Origin: Anthoceros angustus
Lineage: Eukaryota > Plantae > Anthocerotophyta
Assembly (NCBI GenBank): GCA_010909165.1
Contig: VJWM01000281.1
Span: 1 to 64,000, forward strand
Direction of reading: 5' to 3'
DNA: 64,000 bases
This document shows, one piece after another, positions 24,601 through 39,642 of this stretch. A program made the translations under genes and the position numbers. The notes beneath the pieces were generated by a model that saw only the letters and a list, made by a program, of their open reading frames with translations, was not told the origin of the DNA and ran no database searches. Each line of letters starts with the position of its first letter. Position 1 is the stretch's first letter.

Positions 24601-27600
24601 AATGGCCTCCAACCTCTTACGCATGCAAAGCTTCTTTAGAAGCTTCCTTCCCTTCAAACAACGTCGGATCTTCTCATCCAAACCAAGCTTGTATAAGACC
24701 CCATCTCTTAGACAATAAGGCACTGACTCTAGGGAGAAAGGCACGCCCTTCCCTAGACAAACTATCCATGATTCCGTGCTCCAAGAAATTTCATACCTCA
24801 CCATTCAATAACGTGGACATGAGTCCTTCACGTTCTAACCTCCTCTTCCCATGCATGCACCTCCTACTCGCCCCGGACGGTGTGGCCCCATGTACATTAT
24901 GACCCGTGGGCCGCTCCTTGCATCGGCGGCTGCGGTATCACGCTGCGGTCGTCAACTTGCTCTTCTTGCGGTGGTCGCCGCGTAACCTTAGGCTCTGGCC
25001 CGAGCTAGCTCGCGCTCCTCGACAATACTCTCGACATGCCGTACCTCCACAAAAGTGGCTTCCTTGGCCGCCCATGAATTCGCCAATTCCTTTTCTGCAA
25101 GCTCCCTTGGATCGCGGTTTCTTCACGCTCCTTTCCATGCACACCATCCTCGAGCCGTCCCTACTCGAGGCTCCATCATCGCTCTTCCCACACCGCCATG
25201 TGTGGAGTCCCTCCGCGATTTCTCCGTTTTCTCTTCTCCCTTTGCCAACCGTGGCCTCCACTTGCAGCCCTCTTGCTCACCCTTTCTCCCTTTCGGAATC
25301 CCCAATTCATTAGGTTGCGCATCTCTGCACAAAACTCCCTTCACGGATCCTTGGCTTTCCAAGCATCAAGACTTGCTCTTGACCTCTAGGCCAGCCACGC
25401 CTTGCTTGTTTCCATCTAGCTTGTTCACGGTGGATGTTGGTGCTGGCCACAACCCGCCTTCAACTCGGCTCACAAAACTAGCTTCTCCTGCGTCGATCTG
25501 CGGGCATCCGTACTGCAGTCGTGGACTGCATCATCGCTGGTACACCATCTCCCGACCTTCTAGACTCATGTCTAGCCCTAGATCACGCTCTAGCGATCTC
25601 CTTACGTTGCTGCGGTTTCACGGCAGCAATTTCCGCAATCGTGAATTGGTCGGCGCTCCTTCTTGCAATTCCACGCAAGCATATCTTGAGGTGTGATTTC
25701 TCCACAATCCTCCTTCATACACATCACCATAGAGCCATCCTCGCTCCCACGGGCTCTAGCAGCAATCTCCCGTTGCTGCGGTTTCACGGCAATTTCCTGT
25801 CGACCGTGAATTGGTCGCTCCTTCTTGCAATTCCACTTTGCATATCTTGAGGTGTGATTTCTCCACAATCCTCCTTCATACACATCACCATAGAGCCATC
25901 CTGGCTCTAGCGCACCACAGCTCCTCGGCACACCATTTTGTGTGCCACTTCTCCTTCCTCCAAATTGTGATTTCTTCGCAATTTCTCCATCATCCTTGCC
26001 ACCATCGTGGTCTCTTGCTAGCTCGCTTACCAGCAAACCAGACGTTGTTGCCGGCATGCTCAACCTCATTCACAAAACCGTTTCCTCCTGCTTTGCCAAT
26101 CTTGCAAGTTTTCGGCTTGCGGTCGGTTAAACTCCCTTCCAACCAAGTTCCGATTTCCTCCCTTCTTGTTGGCCTAGCCTCATGTCCAGGTCAGATTGCG
26201 CTCCCATGGCGACCTCCTCGCCTTGCTGCACCTCCATGGTCGAATTTTGGTGATTGCCCGGATCAACTCTCCCTTCGGTTTACGCTCAAACTTTTCATGA
26301 AGCGCATCTCCTCCTTCGCCCTCTGGCGTGTCCACCTCCCTAGGGCCTTCTCCTCCTCGCGGCCTCATGGCGCCTGGCTTGACCTCGCCAAGTGGGGCGC
26401 CTTCCTGTGCGCGGTGCTCTCTCGTTTTGCTTCTTTCTTTGCCATCGTGATGGCCTCCACTTGCAGCCCTCGACTGCTCACCCTTGAGGATCATTTCAGC
26501 CTCCTCCTCGCCCATGCTGGCGCCCTCTTATCCTCTCTCGGTTCCAGTTGTCCTGCTGCCTTTTTCACACTGGCGCTCCTTCTTGCTCATTTGGCCTCTC
26601 GGCAACAAGTCTTGCTGATCAATCCTTAGGCTGTCTACAACATGCTCACGTCCTCCCCTTGACCCGGCTGTGGCAACCAACTCCTCGTCGAAATCGGTCA
26701 TCAGTGGCCTCAAGTCGTTTCCGGTTTTCGATCGAAATATCATTCACATGTTGCTCCAACTTCTTCAACTCTACCATCTCCTCTACACCTAGGTACTTAG
26801 AAATCCTTGCTACCTTACGGACTCTAGCTCTCGTCTTCTATAGCATCATACATTCCTCCTTCGAACTTTTATCGGAAAAGGTCACTCCTTGCGGACGTGG
26901 TGGTACTCTCTTGAAGTAACCATAAATCCCTCTACATAATCATACAAAGACTCCCCCTCTTCCTTGAGTTCTCAAGGACCAACATGTGATCTCGTTTCTT
27001 CTCCCCAAATCTCACATCTGCTGGCTGTGGGGTGGTGACTCCACCACCTCACTTCCTCCTATCATGGTCAAGGGCGTCCACAAAACTATGGGCACACCTC
27101 CCAGCAATTCCACCTATTGGCGGTAAACAAATCTGCTGCAAGCGGGATGTACTATACAGACTTGGGCACACAAGCGCCTCGATCCTCCTAACAAGCAAGG
27201 TTGAAAGGGCAGCAAGATGGGCAATAATTCGATCAAGACCTTGTGGCTCGGCCATTAGATCTCATACCCCAACTTCTCCTTGCCAAATCTCACCCTCTTG
27301 CCTTCCTCCTCTACGACAAAATCGAGCTAGAAGAGCTCAACAATCCAGAAAAAGTCCTCCTCTTGCGAGAGCGGAAGATGTACCTTGAAATTACTAACCG
27401 GCTCGAATTCTTGACCCTCACCCTTGATCAGCAACTCCTCAGCAACAACTTCCTTCCTCTTGCTGTCCGTGAGCACAACCTTCTCCTCCTCTTAGACAAC
27501 TACCTCTTCTTCCTCAATGGAACCCTTGAAAATGTTAGCACATGTAGCTTCCTCTACAAGAGTTCTCTCCTCCGCTTCTTCCTTTGCACATCAGTAGCAA

Positions 27601-30600
27601 CTAAGCTTTCTTCATGCACATGATTTCTCCATTCAGTTCACAAATCTCTTGCAGACAAAGATGGGGGTGATCTCCTCTCAACTCCTACACGAAAATTACT
27701 TCCTCCCTCCCACTAGACTTACAAGCTCACACCCCTCAACACACAACTATCCAAACAGCAAATCCCCTCCTACTCTGTTCCACTCATGTTGCTTGGTCCG
27801 GATGAGCTAGGCGAACTCACACTCCCTTCCTCTCCTGCAGTAAATTCTCCAACCAAAGTTCTCTGCGAAGGGTGTCTGCACAAAGATTGGGGGCGGTTGT
27901 GGGATGGTGTCTCCCTAGGTGTGCGTCCCAAGGCTGGTGGCGGTGATTCTATCAAGGTGCTCCAAGATCTTGAGACCACGAAATTCCCTCACCCACCTTC
28001 TTCACTTTTGCTTGGAAGTTGAGCTAGATCCACCACTCGAAGGTCCAGCGTTGAGAAGGCCCAGTGCTGGTAGCTGAATTTGAATCGCACTCAAGAAATG
28101 GTGCCTCCTCCTCGCTTTCCTCTTCACACCAACTCCTCTTCAACCACCTCCTTTATTTTCTTGTTAGTGATTTCCACATCCTTCTCCGAGTTTTCTTCCA
28201 TTTCTTGCCTCCCCTTGCAGGCAAAAACAACCTCCTCCTCGCGCCCTTGTCTCCTCCTCCTCCGAAGCGCCGTGCAAGCACGGCGTTTTCCTCCCTCAAT
28301 TGATTTCTTCTTGCGGCTCTTAGATCTCTTGCGATGGCGGTGGGGTGACCTCCTCGGCGCCCTTGTCTCCTCCTCCTCCACAGGCGCCGTGCAAGCACGG
28401 CGTTTTCCTCCCTCAATTGGTTTCTTCTTGCGCTCTCGGATCTCTTGCGATGGCGGTGGGGTGACCTCCTACGGCTTTCTCGTCCTCCCTCTGACATGCA
28501 AGCGTCCTCATAGCCTCCAACACACGATGGTCAAAGAAAAATCAGCCCGACTCCATGCGTTTTCTTGCGGGAACACAAATCACACCATTCGAGGCGTGGA
28601 GCTCCTCCTTCACAACGCACGGGTTCCAGGACGTAGGCTTCTTCCTAGACCCCGCTCCACCTCCTTACAAGATCTTCTCAGCTCATCGCAAGCTAGCAAC
28701 GAAAATCTCAAAATTTCAACGTTCATCAAGTCCCGAGCGCCAAAAATGTGGGAGGAAAACCCGGGGCTTAGAGATTCACCCTCTAGTGGCCACACTTATC
28801 CCCTTTGTCGTTTGTACAATGGGTTTCGTCCCATGAGACTCTTGTTTGGAGTCACCGATCAAGGCACAAACCACCGCCTCTTCACCCCAAGCTCCCTCAC
28901 ACAGGAGCAACTTCAACTCACTCCCACGCAGCCACGCCTCACCATCTTTGCTAAATCAGCTTCTACCTACAACGACACCCCTCGACTATAGGTCCACACC
29001 CCTGTAGGTCGGCTACGCGTGGGACCCCCTCGTTGCAGCGACTTCACCACCCGTGATCTTCCACTATTCCTTTCCCATCGCCTTCCCACAATTGGCACAC
29101 CCTCAACCACCAACTCGGCGGCGCACTCCGCCTTTGCTCGTGAATCACCACTCACGGACCTACGACATCCTACGGTCGTAGGTCCTAGGTCCACCGTCTC
29201 GCACGTGGGACCCCCTCGCGCGACTTCTCCACCCGTGATTTTGAGACCTTAGCCCGGCTTCCGGTCTCGGTTTGGTGCATTTGGGACCCTCCCTTAGGCT
29301 CGACTTGGGCCTTCTTCTTACTCTAATCTACCTACTCCTCTACTCAACATTCAGCTCCACATTCTCCTCAACACTCACCTCAACTCAACTCCTCATCCTC
29401 CTAATCTAACCTTACTTCAAGCTGGCTAGCTTCTTACAGCTGGCACAGGTGCCTACAAGAACAAGTTCTTCCTTGGGCGGTTGCTATGAGTTTGCACAGA
29501 CGGCGAGAACCTCCGAGTCTTTCCTGTAGTCTACCCTCAAGCCGAGAGTTCCTTGGGCATCGCCACACACCCAAAGCAAAGCAATTTCAGCAACCATTCA
29601 CAAGGAGCAACTGCGGGCGCAGGAGCGAGCCTCCGCCAAGCACTCCGACCGTCGCAAACTCCCTCTCTACAGGGCCTTTCGTTGGCTTGCGGTGCACGAA
29701 CTTCCTTCACAAGGAGCAAAGGACTCGCGGTGGGAGCGCAAGACACGATAATTTTACTTCACAAGCTCCTCCTTTTATAGGGAGGTCCTCACATCTGACC
29801 TCCCACAGCGCGCCCTCACAGCCTGCCTCACTCCTTATTTTAGTGTATCCTCTCAGTTTAAGTTCGACATCCAAGCATCTTGGGTAAAATTCTATTCTAG
29901 CAAATTCACCTATGTGAGCCTTAATGGCTCTGTCAACATTCCTATCTAGCTAGTCAACACACCCTCTTGGGTTGACAAGCATTAATCCTCCCTAAAGAAA
30001 AGTCTCCCCAAGCAATGAGCCCACACTCCAAGCTACCACCAACCTCTTCAATTACCTCTAGATGTCGTCGCATGCACAGTGATCCTACGGATGTAGGGCC
30101 ACCCTACACCTCCTACGGACGTGGGGTCACTTCTTATGGCCCTCGCCTCCACCTCTCCCTTTGCAAGAAGGTCTCCGTGGCGGATCTTGCTCCATGCCTT
30201 CCTCTTCCTCCTCCAAGTCATCCTCTCGGCCTTCCATACATCCGGATGTGTTGGGCTCGGCCACCACAGATGTCCTTGCATCCCTATTCTCCAGTTCCTC
30301 AAGTTCCTCTTCTCACTCCCTAGCAACCAACTTGCCCTTCTTAGGTGCGCGCTTTCACCATCTTGCACCCTTCAAAATAAGCGCACAAGACAAGCTTGGG
30401 CACCCCTTGTTTCTACCTAGTTGTCACCTCGGTTTCTACACACAATTGCGAGCCTTCTTCTTACTCCTAATCTCTACCTACTCCTCTACTCAACATTCAC
30501 TCCACATTCTCCTCAACACTCACCTCAACTCAACTCCTCATCCTCCTAATCTAACCTTACTTCAAGCTCATCGGCCCTAGCTCGCCTTACGGACAACCGC

Positions 30601-33600
30601 CTGGGTCCGCCACAAGTTCTTCCTTGGGCGTTGCTATGAGTTTGCACACAACGAGAACCTCCAGGAGTCTTTCCTGTAGTCTACCCTCAAGCCGAGAGTT
30701 CCTTGGGCATCGCCACACACCCAAAGCAAAGCAATTTCACAAAGAACCATTCACAAGGAGCAACTGCAGAGGCGCCTGCAAGGAGCGAGCCTCCGCCAAG
30801 CACTCCGACCACCGCAAACTCCCTCTCTACGCACGTTAGCTTGCAAGACGAATTCCTTCACAAGGAGCAAAGGACTCGAGTTTGGGAGCGCAAGACACGA
30901 TAATTTTACTTCACAAGCTCCCTCCTTTTATAGGGAGGTCCTCACACACAGCCTCCGCGCCTCCGCACCGCCTCACTCCTTATTTTAGTGTATCCTATGA
31001 TTTTAAGTTCGACATCCAAGCATCTTGGGTAAAATTCTATTCTAGCAAATTCACCTATGTGAGCCTTAATGGCTCACAACATTCCTATCCAGCTAGTCAA
31101 CACACCCCTCGGGTTGACAAGCATTAATGCTGTCCTCCCTAAAGAAAAGTCTCCCCAAGCAATGAGCCCACACTCCAAGCTACCACCACCTCTTCAATTA
31201 CCTCTAGATGCGCCGCATCGCCCGGTGATCCTATGTAGGGCCACCCTCTACACCTCCTACGGACGTAGGGTCACTTCTTATGGCCCTACCGCCTCCACCT
31301 CTCCACGCAAGAAGGTCTCCGTGGCGGATCTTGCTCCATGCCTTCCTCTTCCTCCTCCGAGTCATCCTCTCGGCCTTCCATACATCCGGATGTGTTATCC
31401 CAAGACCTGGATGTCCTGCATCCCTATTCTCCAGTTCCTCAAGTTCCTCTTCTCCGGCTCCTAGCAACCAACTTGCCCTTCTTAGGTGCGCGCTTTCACC
31501 ATCTTGCACCCTTCAAAATAAGCGCACCAACAAGACAAGCTTGGGCACATTGTTTCCACCTAGTTGTCACCTCGGTTTCTACACACAAGTAGATTTCTTC
31601 ACTTGCCACACAAATCCACCAAGAGAGCAACTTCAGCCCTTTTCCACTTACTTCCTCTTCACTCCACGGTCCCACCTAGCTCAAACTTGATGTCCTCACA
31701 CACAACTCCTTATGCAAATCCCTCACTTGCAAGGTCCTAGGCACAAAATTCAGCTCCTTGCCCTCTTCCGATTGTGCTTCAAATCCCTTCACACACAACT
31801 CCTTATGCACACCTCCTTCTCCTTGCACACACATGGGCACGTTCTCACCAAGTCCTTGCTCTAGCTTTCCTTGCATTCCTTGCATGCACAAGCTCTTTGC
31901 CATTCTCTTCTCTCTGAGCTTCCTAGGTGCCACTCCTACACACCCGCTTGCATGGCCACACCCTACACTACCTACCCCACATATTTATGTTTTATTATTA
32001 CTTCCTAGGTGCCACTCCCTAGCAACCAACTTGCCCTTTTCCACTTACTTCCTAGGTGCCACTCCCTACACCTCCTACGGTGGGAGACCTCACCACTCCC
32101 TACGGTGGGGACACTCTCATCCTACCTATCCCTCTACCTCACCACTCCTGTGGAGACACTCTCATCCTACCTATCTACCTACCTAACTAATGCCCATAGG
32201 GCCCCTTCCCCCACATCTACCGCATCTCTGTCCCTACTTGTTCCCTACCTCGGTGAGTGCCATGGACACGCGTCCTACCCATATACATGAATACATGAAT
32301 ACATGAATACATACATACATACATACATAGAGTGCACCTCCCTTCACCCACTCCACGTGGGTGCACCTCCCTTCACTTGCAAGGTCCTAGGCACGCACAC
32401 CTCCATTCTTGTAGGGGCCCCTCCATTCTTGTAGGGCCAACTATCACCCCACACCTACCCTCGTAGGGCTCTCATGTGACTTACGCAAATATAATAAGTT
32501 GAAACACCTCACACAAAGGTGCCCCATCCGTCTTGATCCACCCCTAGGACGCTTAACTCGAGTTCTTACATTTCATTGTCCAACACACCCAATTGGCTAC
32601 ACTCGAATAAAGCTGGTTATTCCCGGTGAACATCTCGTACCAACCCTCCTTGCTATCCATTTCTCCTCGCGGCCACCACAACGGCCTCCCTTCACTTTGA
32701 CTTGCATTACATTCCGCCGTCATGATGCACCGTTGTGATCCCTTCACCATGTTGCGGCCACACCGCCTTCCTATGGTTTGGCCACACCTCCATCTTGCAG
32801 CCCAGCTACAAATTCAGCTATAGTGCTCTACCACGGCCTTTCCTAGTTCAACACACGCCTATCATGCCATCCTCATCGTGACTCCATTGAGAGCACTTCC
32901 ATGTGCCTCGGCACCATAGCCTCCTCTTGCAACCCTTGTGGCTGCTCACCCTCAACATGAGCTCCTCGCTCCCATCCTTGCATTCTTTGCTCCTCTCTCG
33001 CATCTTGAGCTCCCAACCTAGAGCCTGAGATCTGCACAATTCCACCATTACGGGCACTTGGCCCATCTTCCTGCAGCAACCCTTGCCACATCTCTACCTA
33101 GCAGTCCTCCTTCTTGCAAAATCTCAGCAATATGAGCACGCCCATGTCTCACTTCTTCCACACATGTGGCAAATTACTTTGCCTTCCCTCAAACTTGGTG
33201 GTGGTCCCCAATAATCAGGCCTTTGCCTCTGCAAGCCTATCTTTGTGCAGCAACCTCAAGCTACTTCCTTGGCTTAATTGCCTTCACCCTTTCCTACCGT
33301 GGTAGGAGCTACTCCTTGGTGGGTCATCAAAGCAGCTAGCTGGGCCTTACCTACGGTGGTGGGACATTCTCCTACCCATACCTACGGGGAGTTCTCTCCT
33401 TAGCCTACCGTGGTAGGAGTTTCTCCTCGGTGGTAGGATACCTCCTACCAGTGGGACATCTCCTCGTTCACATATGTCTCCTACCCTCCTCACTAGAAGG
33501 TCATTTCGATCCGTTTCTTTTCCCTAAGTATCCTCTGCCTTCCGTGCATCCTACTGACTCCGGCTTCAATCGGAACAAAAACATTTCTCGCATGTTTCCA

Positions 33601-33678
33601 CCAAACCATTTCTATCAAAAGAATTCGGACTGTTCAAAACAACTCACTTAAACCAGTTGCCCAAACTTTTGCGTTCCT
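21627..33678 (-). mobile_element. Ty3/gypsy long-LTR element, copy 2, with rearranged LTRs and 5-bp TSD GATGG
   Basis: gatgg|tgtgggagg at 21622-21635 and gcgttcct|gatgg at 33671-33683. Left LTR 21627-24115 is shuffled and shortened; internal region 24116-28746; right LTR 28747-33678 has a ~1.1-kb internal duplication. Confidence 0.85.
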
Positions 33679-34365
33679 GATGGGCACCAGAGCCGAGGCC
33701 TGGCAGGAGAGTCTCTTGGATCTTGGGAGATGAGTAGCCGCCCTTGTCCGAGCACGTGTTCAAATATTTGACTCACCTTGTTCTTGACTAGAGTATGCCT
33801 AACTCGGTTAGTTGATCCTAGGTTAGTCTCTCAAGCTAAACCAAGACATCCTATAGCTAGCTAGCTAGCCTCGCTTCGCTATGATGCCGCCCGCCTCGCC
33901 GGGATTAGTGCTCGATGCTATGTCCATCATAGCCTCGCGATCGACTATGTCCTTCACGGTGGAGCTTGCTCAATCCTCCGTGATGATTAACAAAAGCTCA
34001 TACACTCTTAAGTGCACACGAAGCAATTGTAACTATGGTTGATATAAACATAATTTCTAAGAAGGCACAAGTTGGTCTTGAAGATGGTCTTGTGTCTTGT
34101 ATTCGGCACCATTCTTGCGTGCCTTTTGAGACATGTTGTATGATTCCCCAATGTGCCAAGAGATTATTCTTTTACTTGTTCAAACATGAAGATCACTTTT
34201 GGTCTTTGCCCTCTTCCTCTTCTTGGCATTTTCGGCTGATTTGTGGAGCAACCCACTAATGTTTCATTATAACTTATTTCAAAAAACTTTAATCAAATCC
34301 AAAACATATACAGATGTCCAAACAGTTCACAAATCAGGCGTGACGAGGAAAATGCAAATGCTAGC

Positions 34366-34634
34366 CTAGTCTAGAAAAATAATGAGTTTTGCTTTCTCAC
34401 CGTCTTCTTGGACCGCGTCAACCCAGCTATAGTAGACATCGATTGGCACGCTTAGGCTATGAATATCAGTCTCAAATATTTTTCACGAGCATGCGAGGCA
34501 CGACCCTGCTCGCCTTCTTGTTCAAGGTACAATACACTATTTCAAGATCGCAAAGCGGACATTTGAAAGGTCCTTGAGATAGCTTTGGCGACTTTTGTGA
34601 TTTTTGGTTTTGCCCAGCTCTTACGCTTGCCCAT
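34366..34634 (-). pseudogene. ELF1: Elf1-family copy 4 (indel-disrupted as assembled)
   Basis: Homologous to 41872-42147. Confidence 0.8.
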
Positions 34635-36882
34635 GTTTCTCAATGTCTTGTCACGTGAGTTAGGCTCTTTATTTTCTTGGATCTAAAAAGCGAAAGGAGA
34701 TTACTAGGATTCAATACCGTATTTGTTCACACGATGGAACATATATAGTCTTTCTTTCGGTGAAATTTCGGTATTTATTCAAAGATATTTACAAGCCAGC
34801 TCACAAAAACCCTATTGTGGCTATCATGATGTGCAAGCTTGATCACATGTTGCTCACCTAATAAACCCCACGGTCCTAGTTCATGTAGTTCAAATCCGCC
34901 ACTTGGCCAACTACTAGTTGAACTGCAATTCAACGCTGCGGTCACGAGGAGGTCTTTACTATGTAGAAAAGGTTTTTTTTTTTTTTTTGGTTGGAAGTTT
35001 CATGCCAAAGCGGTTAAAAAGTAACGTTTGGGTCGGACCGTTCGATGATAGTTCATACATGCCACATAAGCAATCATGCTTTAGTAGAGAAATTAATCCA
35101 AAATAGAATGGGTGTAGTTTCTCTTTGATGTAGACTAAGACTAAGCTTCAACTATCATTGAACTACTAGTTTGGCATGGACCTCGTCTAATAATCAATGC
35201 GTTCTCTTTGCACTTTGAATAGGTTTTCAAAGTTTTGGTGTTTCATACTCAAGATGGGGTATTGTTATTCTTCTTCTATTTATCTATCTAGGTACATGGT
35301 AGCATCAACAAATCCATCAATTGCAAGAATGTATCCAAGCGATGGACAATAAACACCAACAATATTTTTGCCAACTTCATTGCTAGTTCTAAATAAAGCT
35401 CCAAAACCTACATTATTTACATCGTCCTCGAAATTAGCATACAATGAGCCTAATTGTGTGTCTTCGTATACGTGCGTAGTTTGATCTTGGCATGCAAGTC
35501 CTTGCACTACATGTATTTAGGTGCTTCTTTGGCTTGATCCTCCTCGTGAGACAGTTTTATGAGCCTCAATGCGCCATGTGATTATTCTATTACTTGGCCA
35601 ATCACGATGATTACTTTTGGTCTTTGCCCCTTTTCTATTCTTGGAATTTTTGGTGATTTGTTGAGTAGCCTACCAACTACGGACCGTGATCCAAGGACGA
35701 GCATAGTCTCGATGAGCTAAGCACCTTATGAGTGCGAGACGCCGCACGAGATGGTGGAGTGCGGCAAGGCTGGCTTCATACTAACCATAGTCGTGCTAGC
35801 CTAGGTTAACTCACTAGAGCATAGTTAGCAAACCGTAGTCAAGAACCTCGGGTTACACAAATTGGACATGGACACGGACCAAGCCGCGGGGCTACAAGTC
35901 ACACGCGCCAAGATCAAGAAGACTCTCTTCTTCATGCCCCTCGCCTCGCGGTCGAGGCCCTCGTCATGTGCGCTCATATATGGTATCAAAGCCTATCCAT
36001 CGATCCGTATGTTTCTTGAAGATCTCAATGCCGGAGTGGATCAAAAGAAGGAGATATGGGAGCTTGCACCAACGATCGGCCTGTTAGGGCTTAGGCGGGG
36101 AGCAGTTGCAAGCCTTGTCATAGCATTAGGGCTTATCCAGCTTCTAGAAAAGGTAGTTAATATAAGCGGCATCCTACGAGATGGGCACCCACAGCACGAG
36201 GAGCGGCAAGTCGGGAACGAGAGAGTCTCTTGGATCTTGGGAGCAAGTAGCCCGCGCCTTGTCCGGAAACACGTGTTCAAATATTTGACTCACCTTGTTC
36301 TTGACTAGAGTATGCCTAACTCGTTAGTTGATCCTAGGTTAGTCTCTCAAGCTAAACTAATACATCCTATAGCTAGCTAGCTAGCCCTCGTGCTTCGCCT
36401 ATGTTGGACGCCGCCACCTCGGCGGATTTAGCTCGGTGCTATGTCCATCATAGCCTCGCGATCGACTATGTCCTTCACGGTGGAGCTTGCTCAATCCGCC
36501 GTGACGATTAACAAAAGCTCATACACTCTTAAGTGCACAAGCACGAAGCAATTGTAACTATGGTTGATATAAACATAATTTCTAAGAAGGCACAAGTTGG
36601 TCTTGAAGATGGTGGCCGTGTCGTATTCTGGCACCATTCTTGCGTGCCTTTTGAGACATGTTGTATGATTCCCCAATGTGCCAAGAGATTATTCTTTTAC
36701 TTGTTCAAACATGAAGATCACTTTTGGTCTTTGCCCTCTTCCTCTTCTTGGCATTTTCGGCTGATTTGTGGAGCAACCCACTAATGTTTCATTATAACTT
36801 ATTTCAAAAACTTTAATCAAATCCAAAACATATACATATGTCCAAGCATTCAAATCAGCGTGAGGAAAATGCAAATGCTAGC

Positions 36883-37145
36883 CTAGTCTAGAAAAATAAT
36901 GAGTTTTGCTTTCTCATGTCTTCTTGGACCGCGTCAACCCGGTATGTAGTAGACATCGATTGGCACGCTTAGGCTATGAATATCGGTCTCAAATATTTTC
37001 ACACGCACGAGGCGACCCTGCTCGCCTTCTTGTTCAAGGTACAATACACTATTTCAAGATCGCAAAGTGGACATTTGAAAGGTCCTTGGATAGCTTTGGC
37101 ACGACTTTTGTGATTTTTGGTTTTGCCCAGCTCTTACGCACCCAT
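36883..37145 (-). pseudogene. ELF1: Elf1-family copy 5 (indel-disrupted as assembled)
   Basis: Homologous to 41872-42147. Confidence 0.8.
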
Positions 37146-39380
37146 GTTTCTCAATGTCTTGTCGTGAGTTAGGCTCTTTATTTTCTTGGATCTAAAAACG
37201 AAAGGAGGCGATTACTAATTCAATACCGTATTTGTTCACACGATGGAACATATATAGTCTTTCTTTCGGTGAAATTTCTCGGTATTTATTCAAAGATATT
37301 TACAAGCCAGCTCACAAAAACCCTATTGTGGCTATCATGATGTGCAAGCTTGATCACATGTTGCTCACCCTAATAAACCCCCACGGTCCTAGTTCATGTA
37401 GTTCAAATCCGCCACTTGGCCAACTACTAGTTGAACTGCAATTCAACGTCAATTGCTGGCGAGGAGGTCTTTACTATGTAGAAAAGGTTTTTTTTTTTTG
37501 TTTTGGTTGGAAGTTTCATGCCAAAGCTGGTTAAAAAGTAACGTTTGGGTCGGACTGCTCGATGATAGTTCATACATGCCACATAAGCAATCATGCTTTA
37601 GTAGAGAAATTAATCCAAAATAGAATGGGTGTAGTTTCTCTTTGATGTAGACTAAGACTAAGCTTGAACTATCATTGAACTACTAGTTTGGCATGGACCT
37701 ATTCTCGTTTCTTTGCACTTTTGAATAGGTTTTCAAAGTTTTGGTGTTTCATACTCAAGATGGGGTATTGTTATTCTTCTTCTATTTATCTATCTAGGTA
37801 CATGATGGCATCAACAAATCCATCAATTGCAAGAATGTATCCAAGCGATGGACAATAAACACCAACAATATTTTTGCCAACTTCATTGCTAGTTCTAAAT
37901 AAAGCTCCAAAACCTACATTATTTACATCGTCCTCGAAATTAGCATACAATGAGCCTAATTGTGTGTGTCACGTGAGTTTGATCTTGGCATGCAAGTCCT
38001 TGCACTACATGTCGGTACTAGGTGCTTCTTTGGCTTGATCCCACTCCTCGTGAGGGTTTTATGAGCCTCCAATGCGCCATGTGATTATTCTATTACTTGG
38101 CCAATCACGATGATTACTTTTTGGTCTTTGCCCTTTTCTATTCTTGGAATTTTTGATCGATTTGTTGAGTAGCCTACCAACTACGGACCGTGATCCAAGG
38201 GCGAGCATAGTCTCGATGAGCTAAGCACCTAATCGATTGCTGCCGCAGCGCGCAGATGGTGGATGCAGCAAGGAGCGGCTTGCGACTAACCATAGTCGTG
38301 CTAGCCTAGGTTAACTCACTAGAGCATAGTTAGCAAACCGTAGTCAAGAACCTCGGGTTACACAAATTGGACATGGACACGGACCAAGCCGCGGGGCTAC
38401 AAGTCACACGCGCCAAGATCAAGAAGACTCTCTTCTTCATGCCCCTCGCCTCGCCATGGTCGAGGCCCTCGTCATGTGCGCTCATATATGGTATCAAAGC
38501 CTATCCATCGATGCATGCACCGATGTTTCTTGAAGATCTCAATGCACCTGGAGTGGATCAAAAGAAGGAGATATGGGAGCTTGCAACGATCGAAATGTTA
38601 GGGCTTAGGGCAGGAGCAGACAAGCCTTGTCATAGCATTAGGGCTTATCCGACTTCTAGAAAGGTAGTTAATATAAGCGGCATCCTCTGAGATGGGCACC
38701 CACAGCACGAGGAGCGCGGCAAGAGAGAGAGTCTCTTGGATCTTGGGAACGGATCAAGTAGCGCCCTTGTCCGAGCACGTGTTCAAATATTTGACTCACC
38801 TTGTTCTTGACTAGAGTATGCCTAACTCGTTAGTTGATCCTAGGTTAGTCTCTCAAGCTAAACTAAGTACATCCTATAGCTAGCTAGCTAGCCCTCGTGC
38901 TTGACTATATGGGGCGCCGCCACCCTCCGCGTGGATTAGCGCGGTGCTATGTCCATCATAGCCTCGCGATCGACTATGTCCTTCACGGTGGAGCTTGCTC
39001 AATCCGCCGTGACGATTAACAAAAGCTCATACACTCTTAAGTGCACAAGCACGAAGCAATTGTAACTATGGTTGATATAAACATAATTTCTAAGAAGGCA
39101 CAAGTTGGTCTTGAAGATGGTGTGTATCTATTCTGCACCATTCTTGCGTGCCTTTTGAGACATGTTGTATGATTCCCCAATGTGCCAAGAGATTATTCTT
39201 TTACTTGTTCAAACATGAAGATCACTTTTTGGTCTTTGCCCTCTTCCTCTTCTTGGCATTTTTGATTTGTGGAGCAACCCACTAATGTTTCATTATAACT
39301 TATTCAAAAACTTTAATCAAATCTAAAACATATACATATGTCCAAAGCGTTCTATCAACGAGGAAAATGCAAATGCTAGC

Positions 39381-39642
39381 CTAGTCTAGAAAAATAATGA
39401 GTTTTGCTTTCTCCGTCTTCTTGGACGCGTCAACCCTGTAGTAGACATCGATTGGCACGCTTAGGCTATGAATATCATCTCAAATATTTTTCACAAAGGC
39501 CATGCGAGGCGACCCTGATCGTCTTCTTGTTCAAGGTACAATACACTATTTCAAGATCGCAAAGTGGACATTTGAAAGGTCCTTGATAGCTTTGGCACGA
39601 CTTTTGTGATTTTGGTTTTGCCCAGCTCTTACGCTTGCCCAT
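39381..39642 (-). pseudogene. ELF1: Elf1-family copy 6 (indel-disrupted as assembled)
   Basis: ORF 39475-39753 shows MGKRKSWAKPK...GPFKCPLCDLEIVYCTLNKK. Confidence 0.82.

Noticed and set aside
4000-33600. Many plus-strand Ser/Pro/Leu/His-rich ORFs (e.g. 28080-28991)
   Set aside because: Antisense shadows of a C/T-rich strand of the retroelement; no domain signal.
35862-36308. Recurring ORF MDMDTDQAAG...
   Set aside because: Runs through LTR relics and the PBS, and its frame varies between copies.
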